IMG/VR virus record: IMGVR_UViG_3300043595_000022
Coordinates: 1 to 45,664 of that record
Source: a virus
Direction: 5' to 3' (one strand)
DNA: 45,664 nt
Under the pieces are notes generated by a model, which searched no databases, was not told the origin of the DNA, and worked only from the letters and a program-made list of their open reading frames with translations. Made by a program: the position numbers and the translations under genes. Positions 14,390 to 23,821 of this stretch are shown here, in pieces; the stretch's first letter is position 1, and each line of letters opens with the position of its first letter.

Positions 14390-15565
14390 TCATGCCGCTC
14401 CCAGTGGGGTGATTGCGCCGCTCGGGCCGCGGTATTTGAGCGCACCCGCCTCGACGTAAAGAAAGCCGCCGGCGGCTGGATTGCCCGACGGGATCACGCT
14501 GCAATTGCCAACGAACAAGCCGCCCGACATTGATTGGTAGCTTGCGGCTACTGCGCCGATCGAGATGTTGCCGTTGGCGGTCGCGCCCGTGCCCCAGAGG
14601 ACTTCAACGCTACCGCCGATGCGCGTGCCGCTTACGCCCGTCGCGCTGCCGCCTTTGAACGATAGCTTTCCGGCAGTGACCGACGTCGTGCCGCTGCATT
14701 CCTGCGCGGTGATCGACATCGTTTTGCCGATTACGGTCGCCGTCGCGTCTAGTGTTTGCGATATAACGGGAGTCGCAGACGCGCCCCAGACGATCGCCGC
14801 GCTCGTGATTGAGAGAGCAGACCCAGTAAGACCCACGACTTGCGAACCGCTGACCGCGAACACGTGACCGCCTGGGGCAGAATCGATGACGGTCTGTCCT
14901 ACCGTGTTCCCTACAATGGTTGTGTTTCCCGAATTCGTACGGAGCAATGGCAGGTCGGCACCGCCCGCCGCGGTACGGGCTACGATCCCCGCCGTGTTGT
15001 TGAAGATACGGATATCGCCTGTCGTCGGCGCGCTCGCGCCCGTGCCGACTTGCAAGTATCCCGTGGTAACGATGTTCTGAGCGCCGAAGTTTGGCGCAAT
15101 CTTCGAGCCGTCGATCGCGGCGCTCGCGCTCACGTCCGCGTTGACGATCGTGGCCGCCGCGAGCACGCCGGCCGCCGCTTTCACGACGCCCGCGAGGCCC
15201 GTGATCGTCAGGCCCGAGAGCGTTGGCGACGTTGCCGGCTGCACCGCAGTAGCGCCCAGCGCAGCGCCCGCCTTGACCGTGCTCGCGAGCGTGCCGTCGA
15301 TCGTTGCGCCGCCCGCGACCGCGCCCGTTAGCGTGCCGCCGGGTTGCAGCGCCGAGGCGGCAAGCGCGAGCGCTGCTAGCACCGTCGCGACCGCCGTGCC
15401 GCCAACCGAGCCGGTAAGGTTGCCGCCGGGCGAAAGCTTGGCGGCCGCCGCCGCCGCCGCCGTCGCCGCGTCGGCGAGCGCTTGCGTCGCGTCGGCTTGC
15501 GCGTCGTTTGCAGCGCCGAGCGCGGCGACCGAGTCGGCCTTTTCAGCCGTCGTAAAAACGCCCAT
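14390..15565 (-). CDS. Tail fibre protein (Ala/Gly/Thr-rich beta-helix-like)
   Basis: 391 aa. Repetitive GGTxTGAV / IVGNTVGQTV segments. GGAGG RBS. Located in the fibre module distal to the baseplate genes. Confidence 0.65.
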   Translation of the reverse strand: MGVFTTAEKADSVAALGAANDAQADATQALADAATAAAAAAAKLSPGGNLTGSVGGTAVATVLAALALAASALQPGGTLTGAVAGGATIDGTLASTVKAGAALGATAVQPATSPTLSGLTITGLAGVVKAAAGVLAAATIVNADVSASAAIDGSKIAPNFGAQNIVTTGYLQVGTGASAPTTGDIRIFNNTAGIVARTAAGGADLPLLRTNSGNTTIVGNTVGQTVIDSAPGGHVFAVSGSQVVGLTGSALSITSAAIVWGASATPVISQTLDATATVIGKTMSITAQECSGTTSVTAGKLSFKGGSATGVSGTRIGGSVEVLWGTGATANGNISIGAVAASYQSMSGGLFVGNCSVIPSGNPAAGGFLYVEAGALKYRGPSGAITPLGAA

Positions 15566-15568
15566 TGG

Positions 15569-15733
15569 TTAAGCCTCCGTCCAAATGTTGCCGAGCTCGT
15601 CCACCCATGGATTGCCGAGCTCGTCCACCCATGCGCCCGCCGGCAACCCGCCGCCGCCGCCGGCCGTTGCGCGCCGACGCGAGCGCCCGAGGCCGAGCCC
15701 GAGGCGCAAGCCAATAAGCAGTAGCGAGATCAT
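15569..15733 (-). CDS. 54-aa membrane-anchored mini-protein with tandem WVDELGN repeat (not in ORF track)
   Basis: ATGA overlap at 15730-15733. MISLLLIGLRLGLGLG...AWVDELGNPWVDELGNIWTEA. The stop lies within the RBS region of the fibre gene. Confidence 0.5.
   Translation of the reverse strand: MISLLLIGLRLGLGLGRSRRRATAGGGGGLPAGAWVDELGNPWVDELGNIWTEA
15588..15633. repeat. Tandem 24-bp repeat x2 (22/24 identical)
   Basis: ttgccgagctcgtccacccatg occurs at 15588 and at 15612. Confidence 0.9.
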
Positions 15734-15984
15734 GGCTCGCGGCTCGTATCGGCGACGCCAATCAATCCGGTCGTCGGGCTCGAGGTGTCGAGCACCTCGG
15801 CGAAATTACCAAGTAGATAATCGCCGGCTTTCACTGGCCAGGATCGCGCGTCGTCGTCTTTTCGCAAGCGCGCCACGACCGTGCCGTCGGTCGAGCAGAA
15901 GATCGCGTCGACGCGCATGTCGAACGTATGATCGCCGCTCGTGAGATCGACGGGCTCGCTTTTATCGGGGATCATTTCGCGCAT
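15730..15984 (-). CDS. Hypothetical 84-aa protein
   Basis: GGAGG, 5 nt, then ATG at 15984. Confidence 0.55.
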   Translation of the reverse strand: MREMIPDKSEPVDLTSGDHTFDMRVDAIFCSTDGTVVARLRKDDDARSWPVKAGDYLLGNFAEVLDTSSPTTGLIGVADTSREP

Positions 15985-15994
15985 GGTTTCCTCC

Positions 15995-16573
15995 TTACAG
16001 ATGCAGATACACGTTGCGTAACCGCACCTCGTCGACGCCGTGCTCGCCGGGTGTGAGACGCAAGGTCAGATAGGCCGCGTCGGCCGGGATATCCGCGGCG
16101 GCGATCGTCGCCGTAATCTTGTGGACCGTCGCCGCCGGGCTCGAATCGACCGCCGTATCGACGACCTCGGCGGCCGTGCCCCACGACGTGCCGATCTCGA
16201 ACGTCGCCGCGTCCTCGGTGCCCGAGCGCACCCATAGCTCGATAAGCACGTCCTCGTCGCCCGCGTAACCCTCGGGCAAGGGGATTTGCGCGCGCGCGCT
16301 TTGCTCGTCGCCGACCGGCCAGCGCAACTCGAGGGCGCCGTTTGCGGCGACGTCGATATCGATATCGCCGCCGAGGTGAAACGCATTGAGCGACGGCCCG
16401 GGCGTGCCGCCCGTCGCCGCTATCGTAACGATCGTGCGCTTCGTTACAGGATCGTCGGCGCTTTCGAGCGCGACGCCCGCGCCGGCGACGAGCTCGGTAG
16501 TCGTGCGTCGAATGCGCGCGATGCCCTCGATCACGAGGGTTGGCAGTCCTATCAATTCGTCTAGCCAACGCAT
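15995..16573 (-). CDS. Hypothetical 192-aa tail/fibre-module protein
   Basis: ATG at 16573 (internal Met of track ORF 15995..16810). The upstream part of the track ORF is Arg/Ser/Pro-rich and off-frame-like. Confidence 0.55.
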   Translation of the reverse strand: MRWLDELIGLPTLVIEGIARIRRTTTELVAGAGVALESADDPVTKRTIVTIAATGGTPGPSLNAFHLGGDIDIDVAANGALELRWPVGDEQSARAQIPLPEGYAGDEDVLIELWVRSGTEDAATFEIGTSWGTAAEVVDTAVDSSPAATVHKITATIAAADIPADAAYLTLRLTPGEHGVDEVRLRNVYLHL

Positions 16574-16577
16574 GGGG

Positions 16578-17099
16578 TTACTCCGGGACGATGGTCGCGA
16601 ATAGGCGGCTAAAGGTAACGTCACCGAGCGCGTTGTCGCCGTATTCCGTGCCGATGCCGACGTCGAAATAGTGGTCAGAAAGCCGCGCAGCGGCCGGCGG
16701 CATAAGCACGAGCTCGTGCTCGGCATGGTAGGCCGCGACGCTCGCCGACTCGTCGGTCGCGGATGCCGTAAAGGCTGACCCGCCCGAGGGCGCGTACGCG
16801 TGCAAGCCAAGCGAGGGCATTGTCGGCGGCAAGGCTACGTGCGTCTCCATTACAGTCGCGCGGATCCAAACGCTAATCATTGCAATTCGGCCGCGCGCGA
16901 TCCGGGGGAATGGGATCCGGATTGACAGTTGATCGACGGGTGGAACTTCGAGGCACATTAACGAGGAGGCGCCAAACGCTCGCCAATTGCTGGCGACGCT
17001 AGGATTTGGAAAGAGCAAAAACGGGATCTCGAGCACGCCGCCGACGACCTCGAGCGAGCGGTCGGCGGGTGAGACATTGCGAAACGGAGTTGCTGCCAT
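16578..17099 (-). CDS. Hypothetical 173-aa tail/fibre-module protein
   Basis: GAGGAG RBS then ATG at 17099. Confidence 0.55.
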   Translation of the reverse strand: MAATPFRNVSPADRSLEVVGGVLEIPFLLFPNPSVASNWRAFGASSLMCLEVPPVDQLSIRIPFPRIARGRIAMISVWIRATVMETHVALPPTMPSLGLHAYAPSGGSAFTASATDESASVAAYHAEHELVLMPPAAARLSDHYFDVGIGTEYGDNALGDVTFSRLFATIVPE

Positions 17100-17106
17100 T
17101 GGCTCC

Positions 17107-18243
17107 TCACAAAGTTGGGGCGCGCAGCGAGAATGCCACGCGCATGCGGTCGAGCTCGTCGCGCCCGACCGCGACAATGCCGTCGCCGAACACGAGGAGA
17201 CGCTCGTAAGCGCTGGCGAGCGCGTCGGAGTCGATCACAAATTCTCTCCATGTGTCGCCGACGTCATCGGACACGGCGACGCTTGCGCCGAGCCCGCCGT
17301 GCACGTTCGTGCAGACGATCACAAACCAGCGGCCAAACGCGATCACGTCTTGCGCGCCGCTCGGCAGCGCTATTTCGGTCCAACTTGCGCCGCCGTCCTC
17401 GCTGATTGCTCCGACGCCGTCGCTCGCAACGGCCATCCACCGATCTTGTTTTAGCGAGTATGCGACCCCGTGCCAATCGTGCGGCGCGGCCGTGAGCGTA
17501 AGCAGTGTCCATGCGATACCGTCGAGCGAGCGGGCGCATTCCGACTCGGCGCCGCTGTAGACAATGATCGCGGCGGTCTCGTTGCACGCAAAGCGCCGCG
17601 TCGTTGTCGGCGCCGAGGCGAGCCCGGTCGCCTCCGCCCACGGTGTGCCGGCGTCGACGTAGAATATTCGCGCGATGGTCGGCGTAACGCTGTTTACGGT
17701 CGTAATGATCCAACGCTCGTGCGCGGCAAAGTAGCCAACGACGTGTTGTGCAAATCCGAACGTCGCAAGGTCCATTGCCCACGTCATACCGAGGTCGTCG
17801 CTTATCCCGATGTAACCGTCGGAGCGGATTGCAAGCAGTGTCGGTGCCCCATCATAGATGCCGCCCGCGATTGCGATCGCGGGCGGGTTTGCCGGCGCGA
17901 ATAGCGCGCTTGCATCCGAGTTTGATCCGCCGCTCGCGCATGTCACGCGGCGCGTAACGCCGTCGGTACCGAGCGCGCACAGCACGGGCACGCCGCCCGC
18001 CGCGGCCGATTGCACGACGACGGCGGCGACGCCGTTGACGGGCGCAGCAAACTCGCCCGGGATCATGACGGGCGAGTGCCAGTTGAAAACGTACCACCCG
18101 CCCTCAAACCGCTGGACGTGCGCGGCGTTGTCGGCGAGCTGCTCGTAAGCCATGCCCCACGAGGCGGCGTCGTGATCGGACCCGTCGTCTGGGATCGCGA
18201 TTACCGGGTGGTAGACGTTCGGATTCGGCGTGTAATCGGCCAT
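17107..18243 (-). CDS. BNR/Asp-box beta-propeller protein (receptor-binding or glycan-degrading tail protein candidate)
   Basis: Asp-boxes ISDDLGMTW, SEDGGASW and SDDVGDTW, plus degenerate SLDGIAW. ATG at 18243. Confidence 0.65.
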   Translation of the reverse strand: MADYTPNPNVYHPVIAIPDDGSDHDAASWGMAYEQLADNAAHVQRFEGGWYVFNWHSPVMIPGEFAAPVNGVAAVVVQSAAAGGVPVLCALGTDGVTRRVTCASGGSNSDASALFAPANPPAIAIAGGIYDGAPTLLAIRSDGYIGISDDLGMTWAMDLATFGFAQHVVGYFAAHERWIITTVNSVTPTIARIFYVDAGTPWAEATGLASAPTTTRRFACNETAAIIVYSGAESECARSLDGIAWTLLTLTAAPHDWHGVAYSLKQDRWMAVASDGVGAISEDGGASWTEIALPSGAQDVIAFGRWFVIVCTNVHGGLGASVAVSDDVGDTWREFVIDSDALASAYERLLVFGDGIVAVGRDELDRMRVAFSLRAPTL

Positions 18244-19103
18244 TAGCTTGCACTCCAATAGCGCGCCGTCGATAGGCGCGCCGGCACGTAAGCGCTGCCG
18301 ACATACTTGCCCCACGTGCCCCACGTTCCATCGGGCTCGGGTGCCGCCGGATCGAAACTCTCATCATCAAACGCAACGATCACCCATTCGGCGCGCATGC
18401 CGTCGGGTTGCCAATCGCGAATGATTGCCCGCACGGCCGCGACTTGCTCGGGCGTCGCCGTCGTGCCGAGCGTCTCGCCAGGCCGACCGATTTGCCCCGG
18501 ATGCGCGCCCGCGATCGTGCCCTCGACCGCCGCCCATGGCACGCCGTCGTCGGGATATATGATCACCCAAAACCGCGACCAATGCGGCGGCGCGGGCGTG
18601 CCGTCCCAGTTCCAATTTTGCTGGTCGAGCAGATACGACTCGGTACCGTCGCGCTCGATGCAAAACCAATTGCCGTTTGCGTCGACGGTGCGCACCCGCA
18701 CGGCGGCATTGCAGTACGCGCGAAGCTGCCGACAAAGCGTGAGCGGGTTGCCCCGTTTCGGGTGCTCGTCGAGCCAAGCGAGGAGGCGCGGGACAAAGCT
18801 TTCCGCGGGCTCGCCTATGCCGCGCACGATCTTTCGCTCGCGACTCATATACGGGTAAGCGTCGGCGGGCGCGAGCGACGGAAAGCGCGCCAGCAAACCT
18901 TGACGAGCTCGCTCGGCGAAAGCGTCTTTAAGAATGCCGAGCGAGTAAAGCACGAGCTCGCCCTCGCCGGTCGTGAGCCACGACGGCAACAGGCGCTTGA
19001 AGATTCGGCGAAACACGCGCGCAAATTCGACGCTCGAGCGCGCCGCGTCGCCGACCGGCGGCGGCGTCTCGTCGCTCGAAATTGTCCAGGTAAACTCAGC
19101 CAA
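18243..19103 (-). CDS. Baseplate/tail protein (Mu gp48 / P2 gpI position)
   Basis: The TTG start overlaps the upstream stop by 8 nt. Contains RLLPSWLTTGEGELVLYSLG. Downstream of the J-like gene. Confidence 0.5.
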   Translation of the reverse strand: MAEFTWTISSDETPPPVGDAARSSVEFARVFRRIFKRLLPSWLTTGEGELVLYSLGILKDAFAERARQGLLARFPSLAPADAYPYMSRERKIVRGIGEPAESFVPRLLAWLDEHPKRGNPLTLCRQLRAYCNAAVRVRTVDANGNWFCIERDGTESYLLDQQNWNWDGTPAPPHWSRFWVIIYPDDGVPWAAVEGTIAGAHPGQIGRPGETLGTTATPEQVAAVRAIIRDWQPDGMRAEWVIVAFDDESFDPAAPEPDGTWGTWGKYVGSAYVPARLSTARYWSAS

Positions 19104-20532
19104 GGTTTCCCCCGGTATCGAGCGGCAGCGCGTGAAAGCGCGTCGGCAGCAGTGGCCACCCGCCCGCGCACGTCACGCGGTAGCGAAAGCCGTCGGCGAT
19201 TGGCGTGCGTGTGCCCGTGTACCTCGCTGCAAACCCGACGCGCTCGCCCGCGTCGAGGTGCACGACCTCGCTCGGGATCGCCTCGTTGTCATAGCCCACG
19301 AGGCACACGATCGCGCGCAATGCTCCCGCCGGATCGCGCACGTCGAATTGCGCCGAGTCGTATTTGTGCGCGGGCACGCTCACGTTTTCGACGACGGGCT
19401 CGGTCGTGTCCGCGCTCGAGGCATAGCCAATAATGTGCCCCTCGCGAATCGTGCGCGCGGGCTGCGCCCCGATCGGATTGATCAATGGTGCGATCGTGTG
19501 CGGCCATGGCATGACGAGCCGGCCGAAATGCACGACTCGGTATTGTGTAAGCGCGGGCCCGTCGTATGCGTCGCCCGTGCGCAAATTGTCGCCGGTGTCC
19601 GCCGTGCTGCGACCCCACCATAGATCGCGTGCATAGCCGTGGCGACCGCGTGCGCCTGATTCCGTGCATACGAGCCCGACCGGCCAAAGCGGAGGATACG
19701 CGGCGAGGTCGAGGGCGTCGCCAAGTAGATTGCATGATTGGGCGTTTCCGCCGACGTCACCCTCGATCAAATGCCCAACTTGCATTGTGCCGCCGCCCGG
19801 CTTTAGCGCTTTGCAGCGTCCGCCGGCCGATACCGAAAACGAGTTCGAGCCGGGCATATCTCCGCTGCCCGGCGTTGCGTCGATCAAAGCGTACACTGGC
19901 ACCGTCCATCCCGGCGACGGGTCGCCCGCACGCTCAATGAGCCAAACCGCGCTTGTGCCTATGCTGCCGCCTCGGCTCGAGGTAATCGCAACGCGGAATG
20001 CCGTGCCGTCGGGCGCCGCCCACACGTTGAAATAAGCAGCATTTTCGTTTGTGAAACCGCCCGAGCCGTACGCGCCCCACCCGTCATTTGCGGCGTTGAT
20101 AGTGACTTCGTCGGCGGCGGTCGGCCTCGAGCTCGTCGTGCCGCCGCTGAAACCAGCGGCGGACATGGTGACTCGCAATTGATAGTCAGGCGCGCCGAAC
20201 AAACCTTTTTCCCAGCAAAGCTCGACGCCAAGCTCGGGCAGCACGAGGACGATCCACCCATAGTCGGGCACGGCGGCGGCGTTAGTCCAACGATCGACGC
20301 CGTCGAGCGCCGCAACAGCGTGCGTTGCGGATCCCTTCACCGTTGCGAAAATCGACGGGTTAGGCACAACGGCGCCGCCGTTCAAGTCAACCCATGAGCC
20401 GCCGCCTTTCAGTCGGTTTTTGATCGCGATAAGCATTTCGCGCGCGACGAGCTCGTGATCGCTCGACGAGCTCGACGGTTGCAAGTTGTTAACGGCACAA
20501 TGCCAATCAAGCTCGATGGTCGGCAGCGCCAC
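19096..20532 (-). CDS. Large tail/baseplate-associated protein of unknown function, 478 aa
   Basis: GTG start 1 nt after the J-like gene stop. High GC3. No recognisable motif. Confidence 0.55.
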   Translation of the reverse strand: MALPTIELDWHCAVNNLQPSSSSSDHELVAREMLIAIKNRLKGGGSWVDLNGGAVVPNPSIFATVKGSATHAVAALDGVDRWTNAAAVPDYGWIVLVLPELGVELCWEKGLFGAPDYQLRVTMSAAGFSGGTTSSRPTAADEVTINAANDGWGAYGSGGFTNENAAYFNVWAAPDGTAFRVAITSSRGGSIGTSAVWLIERAGDPSPGWTVPVYALIDATPGSGDMPGSNSFSVSAGGRCKALKPGGGTMQVGHLIEGDVGGNAQSCNLLGDALDLAAYPPLWPVGLVCTESGARGRHGYARDLWWGRSTADTGDNLRTGDAYDGPALTQYRVVHFGRLVMPWPHTIAPLINPIGAQPARTIREGHIIGYASSADTTEPVVENVSVPAHKYDSAQFDVRDPAGALRAIVCLVGYDNEAIPSEVVHLDAGERVGFAARYTGTRTPIADGFRYRVTCAGGWPLLPTRFHALPLDTGGNLG

Positions 20533-20533
20533 G

Positions 20534-21730
20534 TTACGGATCCCTCACGAAATGGATCGTGCCCGTGACCGTGCCAATTACGGGCACCTCGTTGGTAAAA
20601 ATATCGACGTCGGCGGCGGGCGTCGTGACGACGACGCGAAAGGTAAAACCCTTGTACGTTTTTTGGATCGTCGTCTTGACGAGCGAGCGGTAAAGCCGCC
20701 CCGTCGCCGGCGGGATAATGTCGCCGCTAATCGGGCGCGCCGCGAACATGGCGCCGAGCTCGACCTTGATCTTGGCGGCGACCGCCGTCGCGTCCTCGTT
20801 GACCGAGGAGTAAAGCCACGCCTCATAAACGATGTTCACGGGCACCGCGCTCGCGTTCAAAACGGACAGCGTGATACAAAGCGGCGTCGCCCATTTCACG
20901 ACCGCGGCCTCGACGGCGAGGCGGTCGGCCTCCGAAACGGGCCCGCTCGGGCCCGCGATATACAGGCGCACGCGGCCCGTCGTCGAGTCGCCAACCGAGC
21001 GCGCACGCGTGACGTTTGTGACGCCGGTTAGCGTCGGATTTAGAGCTACGTACCGGTAAGCGTCGCGCGGCCCGTTTGGGCTCAATGCGCCGAGCTTGGC
21101 TTTTGCGCGCTCGACGAGCGCGTCGGGTTGCTCCTCGTCGAGCGCGAGCGCCGCCGCCGGGTTAGTGCACGTCACGCCGAGGAGGCCGGTTACGAGCTCG
21201 GTAATTTCGCCCGGCGTCGCCGAGCTATCCGATCCGGCCTCGTCGGCGACAACGCGCACCGTGAGCGTCCCGCCTGGCGTCAGTATGCCCGCCGTGAGCG
21301 AGTGATACGTCTTGCCCGAAACGGAGTTTTTTACAGTGAGGTCGCCGGCGACGAGCTCGTAATAACCGCCGCCCGTGTTTGTCAGAACGACATCGGTTTC
21401 GGCATAGGTCGCCGCAACGGCCTCGGTCCCGAAAACTTCCCATGCCGTGCGCTTGAGCCACGAGGCGGCGAGCGTGCGGGCGTCGTCGTCGGTCGCCTCG
21501 TTGACGGCCTCGAGCCCGAGCTCGAGCGAGCCGCCCGCGACGTATGTGTATACGACGACCTCGAGCTCGGCGAGCACCTCGGCGAGGTAGAGATATGTCG
21601 AACGCGTTGGATCGCCAGGGCTCCATGAGGAGACCGGCAAGCCAATCGCCTCGGCGACGGCGAGCCCCTTGGCGAGCAGCTGCGCCATGGTCGCGCGGGC
21701 GACGAGGCCGGCCATTGAGATCAAGTTCAT
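20534..21730 (-). CDS. Baseplate J-like protein (Mu gp47 / P2 gpJ type)
   Basis: ATGA-coupled ATG at 21730 (track ORF 20534..22108 has an Arg-rich false extension). 398 aa. Follows a gp25/W-like gene. Confidence 0.65.
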   Translation of the reverse strand: MNLISMAGLVARATMAQLLAKGLAVAEAIGLPVSSWSPGDPTRSTYLYLAEVLAELEVVVYTYVAGGSLELGLEAVNEATDDDARTLAASWLKRTAWEVFGTEAVAATYAETDVVLTNTGGGYYELVAGDLTVKNSVSGKTYHSLTAGILTPGGTLTVRVVADEAGSDSSATPGEITELVTGLLGVTCTNPAAALALDEEQPDALVERAKAKLGALSPNGPRDAYRYVALNPTLTGVTNVTRARSVGDSTTGRVRLYIAGPSGPVSEADRLAVEAAVVKWATPLCITLSVLNASAVPVNIVYEAWLYSSVNEDATAVAAKIKVELGAMFAARPISGDIIPPATGRLYRSLVKTTIQKTYKGFTFRVVVTTPAADVDIFTNEVPVIGTVTGTIHFVRDP

Positions 21731-22134
21731 GGCGCGCCGCCTCCGCCGAGCATTTCGAGCGTCACGCCGGCGACCGTCGCGACGAGCGCGAACGGACCCT
21801 CGCCCGTGTAACACTCGACACGCACGCCCCACGAGACCGCGGGACCCTCGACGCTTTCGAACACGGTCGCGACGACCTCCTCGATCCGCGCATCCTTCAA
21901 AAGCTCGGCGCGGATTTGGGCGGGCAGCGCGACGGCGTCTTGCTCGCTCGTCGTGCGGCCGAGCGCGCCGGCGAGGTCGAGCCCATACACCTCCTCGTCG
22001 GGCCCGCCGCGCAGCATGCCGGGCGGAGTTTCGAGCCGGTGCTTTGCGTTTTGCGCAACGAGGAGGACCCCGCGCACGAGGCGCCCCGTTTGCAGCGAGT
22101 CGCCGCAATAGACGTCCATCCCAAAATCGGTCAC
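21727..22134 (-). CDS. Baseplate wedge protein (gp25/W / Mu gp46-like)
   Basis: 135 aa. GTGA overlaps on both sides. GMDVYCGDSL...HRLETPPGML fits the small baseplate protein family pattern. Confidence 0.55.
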   Translation of the reverse strand: MTDFGMDVYCGDSLQTGRLVRGVLLVAQNAKHRLETPPGMLRGGPDEEVYGLDLAGALGRTTSEQDAVALPAQIRAELLKDARIEEVVATVFESVEGPAVSWGVRVECYTGEGPFALVATVAGVTLEMLGGGGAP

Positions 22135-23246
22135 GCGAACACCCGCGACGGCTCGGGTGGCAAGCCGAGGCCGATCGTTACTTGGGCGACCACGCCGGGC
22201 GCTTGCCCGCTCGGGTTTGCCTGCACGCCTTGCAACGTGAGCGTGTCGCCCTCACGCAGCACGCGCCCGAGCCCTTTGCCGAGGTCGAGGCGGTTGGGCA
22301 GAAAGCCGCCGCCGCCAGGCTCCTCGAAACCGACGATCACGGGTCGGCCGGGCGCACCGTCAACGAAGGTCACGAGCACGCGCGAGCCGAGGGCGAGGTC
22401 GGCGCGCGCGCCCGCAATGCCCGCCCGCACGTGCACGCGGCGGAGGTCGGGCATGCCGAGCGACACTCGCACGGCCTGCAGGTTGATACGGTCGCTCGCC
22501 TCTTGCGTTACGACGCGATACTCGGTCACGCCCCTGTAACGGAGGTCGGGCAAGAGCTGCAAAAGGAGCTTTCGGTGTGCCGCAAGCCGGCGGCTCGTCG
22601 AGCTCGTGCCGCGCCCCCAAATGGTCGAGCGCAGGCGGGCGCTATCGAGCTCGTGCTCGACGTCGTATGCCTCGAGCCCGTCGATTACGACGCCCGGCAC
22701 GAGCTGCCCGAGCTCGTCGGCGGCAAGCTCGAGCATGCCGCGGGCGACGTCGAGCTCGCCGCGGGTGCCCGCGCCCGTATACGTGACCGCCGGCCGGCGC
22801 CCAACGCGCGTTATGCCGTCCTCGCCGACATACCAATTTTGCGGCACGTGTAGCTCGAGCACGCGCGAGGCCGGATCCTCGGGCCGCGCGCCGCCAGGCC
22901 CAATCGTGCGCGCCGGGATCGTCGCCGCGTCGAGCTCCTCGCCGGCCGCTCGGGCCGCGTCGAGTAGCACCGTCGCGAGCTTTACGCCGGCGTCGTTGGT
23001 ATAGCTGCCGCGCTTGATCGTCTTGCCCCACCCGCCACGGCCGCCAACAATCCGGTACCGGCTCGAGCCCTTGCTCGGCCCGCCGACGAGCGTGCCCGAT
23101 AGGCGGAGGCCGGCGAGCTCGAGCACGGCGGCGCCCTCGAGCTCGACCTCGGCGTCGAGCGTGGCGTGTGCATACCAAATGCCCCATGCGGGCAGCTGCA
23201 AGCTCGCACGCGTCACGCGGTGCCCGTTCAAGGTCGCAACGCTCAC
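22131..23246 (-). CDS. Baseplate hub / central spike protein (gpD-gpV-like)
   Basis: 371 aa. C-terminal OB-like GSRVLVTFVDGAPGRPVIVG is typical of gpV/Gp5-type spikes. GTGA-coupled. Confidence 0.6.
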   Translation of the reverse strand: MSVATLNGHRVTRASLQLPAWGIWYAHATLDAEVELEGAAVLELAGLRLSGTLVGGPSKGSSRYRIVGGRGGWGKTIKRGSYTNDAGVKLATVLLDAARAAGEELDAATIPARTIGPGGARPEDPASRVLELHVPQNWYVGEDGITRVGRRPAVTYTGAGTRGELDVARGMLELAADELGQLVPGVVIDGLEAYDVEHELDSARLRSTIWGRGTSSTSRRLAAHRKLLLQLLPDLRYRGVTEYRVVTQEASDRINLQAVRVSLGMPDLRRVHVRAGIAGARADLALGSRVLVTFVDGAPGRPVIVGFEEPGGGGFLPNRLDLGKGLGRVLREGDTLTLQGVQANPSGQAPGVVAQVTIGLGLPPEPSRVFA

Positions 23247-23821
23247 GGCGCCCTCGCTTGCGCCCTAAGCGCCGCTAGCTCGCGTTTGGCGGCCGCATTG
23301 GGATCGGGCCGCTCGCGCGCACTCTTGGCCGCCGCCGTGCCTGGAGCCGCGCCCGCCGCTGCCCCTTTCGCTTTCGCTTTCGCGACCGGCTTTTTACGCG
23401 GCGGGCGATGCTCTAGAAACTTGACTTTGACGCTCGCGCCGCCGAGGCCGTCGTGCTGCATGCCGCCGACGCCGCCGTTAACCACGGCCGTGAAACGGTT
23501 ACGCGCCAAATCCGGGTGATAGACCGGCAACGCGATCGGAGTCGTGCCCGCCGTCGTGCTTTCGATCAACGCTTGATATTCGTCCCATGCGGCGAATTCA
23601 TCGATTGGACTATCGGGCCCGTTTGTAATGTAAAACGTCGCCTCGAATTGCCCGATCGGCTCGCCGCTCCTCGACGAGCTCGCGCCGTCTTGCCCCTTCG
23701 CGGGTTGTATGTCCCACGACTGATTGCGGTCGTGCCCGGATAACGCGACCTCGCCGATCCAAGTCTTGCCGCCGAGCTTGAATTTATAGAGGTCGGGATT
23801 GTCGTGCGGGTTAGGGCTCAT
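23243..23821 (-). CDS. Tail protein downstream of the tape measure, with Lys/Ala-rich tail
   Basis: ATGA-coupled to the tape measure gene. 192 aa. Confidence 0.5.
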   Translation of the reverse strand: MSPNPHDNPDLYKFKLGGKTWIGEVALSGHDRNQSWDIQPAKGQDGASSSRSGEPIGQFEATFYITNGPDSPIDEFAAWDEYQALIESTTAGTTPIALPVYHPDLARNRFTAVVNGGVGGMQHDGLGGASVKVKFLEHRPPRKKPVAKAKAKGAAAGAAPGTAAAKSARERPDPNAAAKRELAALRAQARAP

